A stretch of DNA of 64,000 nt, taken from assembly GCA_011109175.1 (NCBI GenBank), contig RDEW01000014.1, positions 930,001-994,000 of the forward strand, given 5' to 3'. Of this stretch, positions 63,806 to 64,000 are shown piece after piece. The notes below the pieces were generated by a model. It was given only the letters and a program-made list of their open reading frames with translations, ran no database searches and was not told the origin of the DNA. Origin of the DNA: Dicyema japonicum (Eukaryota > Animalia > Dicyemida). A program made the position numbers and the translations under genes. Numbering within the stretch: the first letter of the stretch is position 1; every line of letters begins with the position of its first letter.

Positions 63806-64000
63806 TTTAATAATAATAAAGCCTTTTCATGAGAACCATAGTATTTATAGCTCCGCATAGGCAGGATACACACTTTATTTAAGTAAAAAACAGTTAATTT
63901 TAACTAATCGTAGAATCGGCGTCACTCGTCAAACCCTTTCTGCATCGTAGATGCGTGGAACCTTCCACCAGGTGAACAGCAGCGAGATTCGAACCTGTAG
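63806..64000 (-). mobile_element. tRNA-derived SINE, running off the window end
   Basis: Minus-strand B box GGTTCGAATCTCGC at about 63983-63996 and a (TTA)n tail. Partial copies at 41.2, 53.2 and 17.03 kb. Confidence 0.7.

Noticed and set aside
63975-64000. tRNA gene
   Set aside because: Only a B box is visible, followed by a repeated body and tail typical of a SINE.
1-64000. Ciliate, nucleomorph or microsporidian origin (tiny introns, TE types)
   Set aside because: TAA, TAG and TGA all act as stops. The intron-rich SBNO, TBC1D24, mucolipin and HSD17B10 genes and the heavy TE load fit an animal better.

Overview
AT-rich eukaryotic DNA, most likely animal, read with the standard genetic code. 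Compact host-gene islands sit in a dense, nested transposon landscape. Host genes found: the last exon of RPL9, DNAJC8, a disrupted mucolipin/TRPML, strawberry notch (SBNO), an intact but catalytically dead HSD17B10-like SDR, a PSMG3-like gene, TBC1D24, a highly divergent histone H3 variant and an HTH-only transposase-derived ORF. Almost every intron I could trace is tiny (about 18-27 nt), which suggests a reduced parasitic metazoan such as a myxozoan or dicyemid (inference only). Mobile DNA includes RTE, CRE-like (PHD-RT-RLE), R4/Dong-like and Jockey/I-like LINEs, SINE-like repeats, hAT, Tc1 and a TIR-bounded Ginger-type integrase transposon. The highlight is a four-level nest at 27.3-35.8 kb (CRE relic < RTE < Ginger < CRE). 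Target-site duplications confirm the RTE and Ginger levels, and the Ginger integrase carries host-type micro-introns. Several host genes have single indels at homopolymer runs, probably assembly errors. All family assignments come from motif recognition, not database searches.
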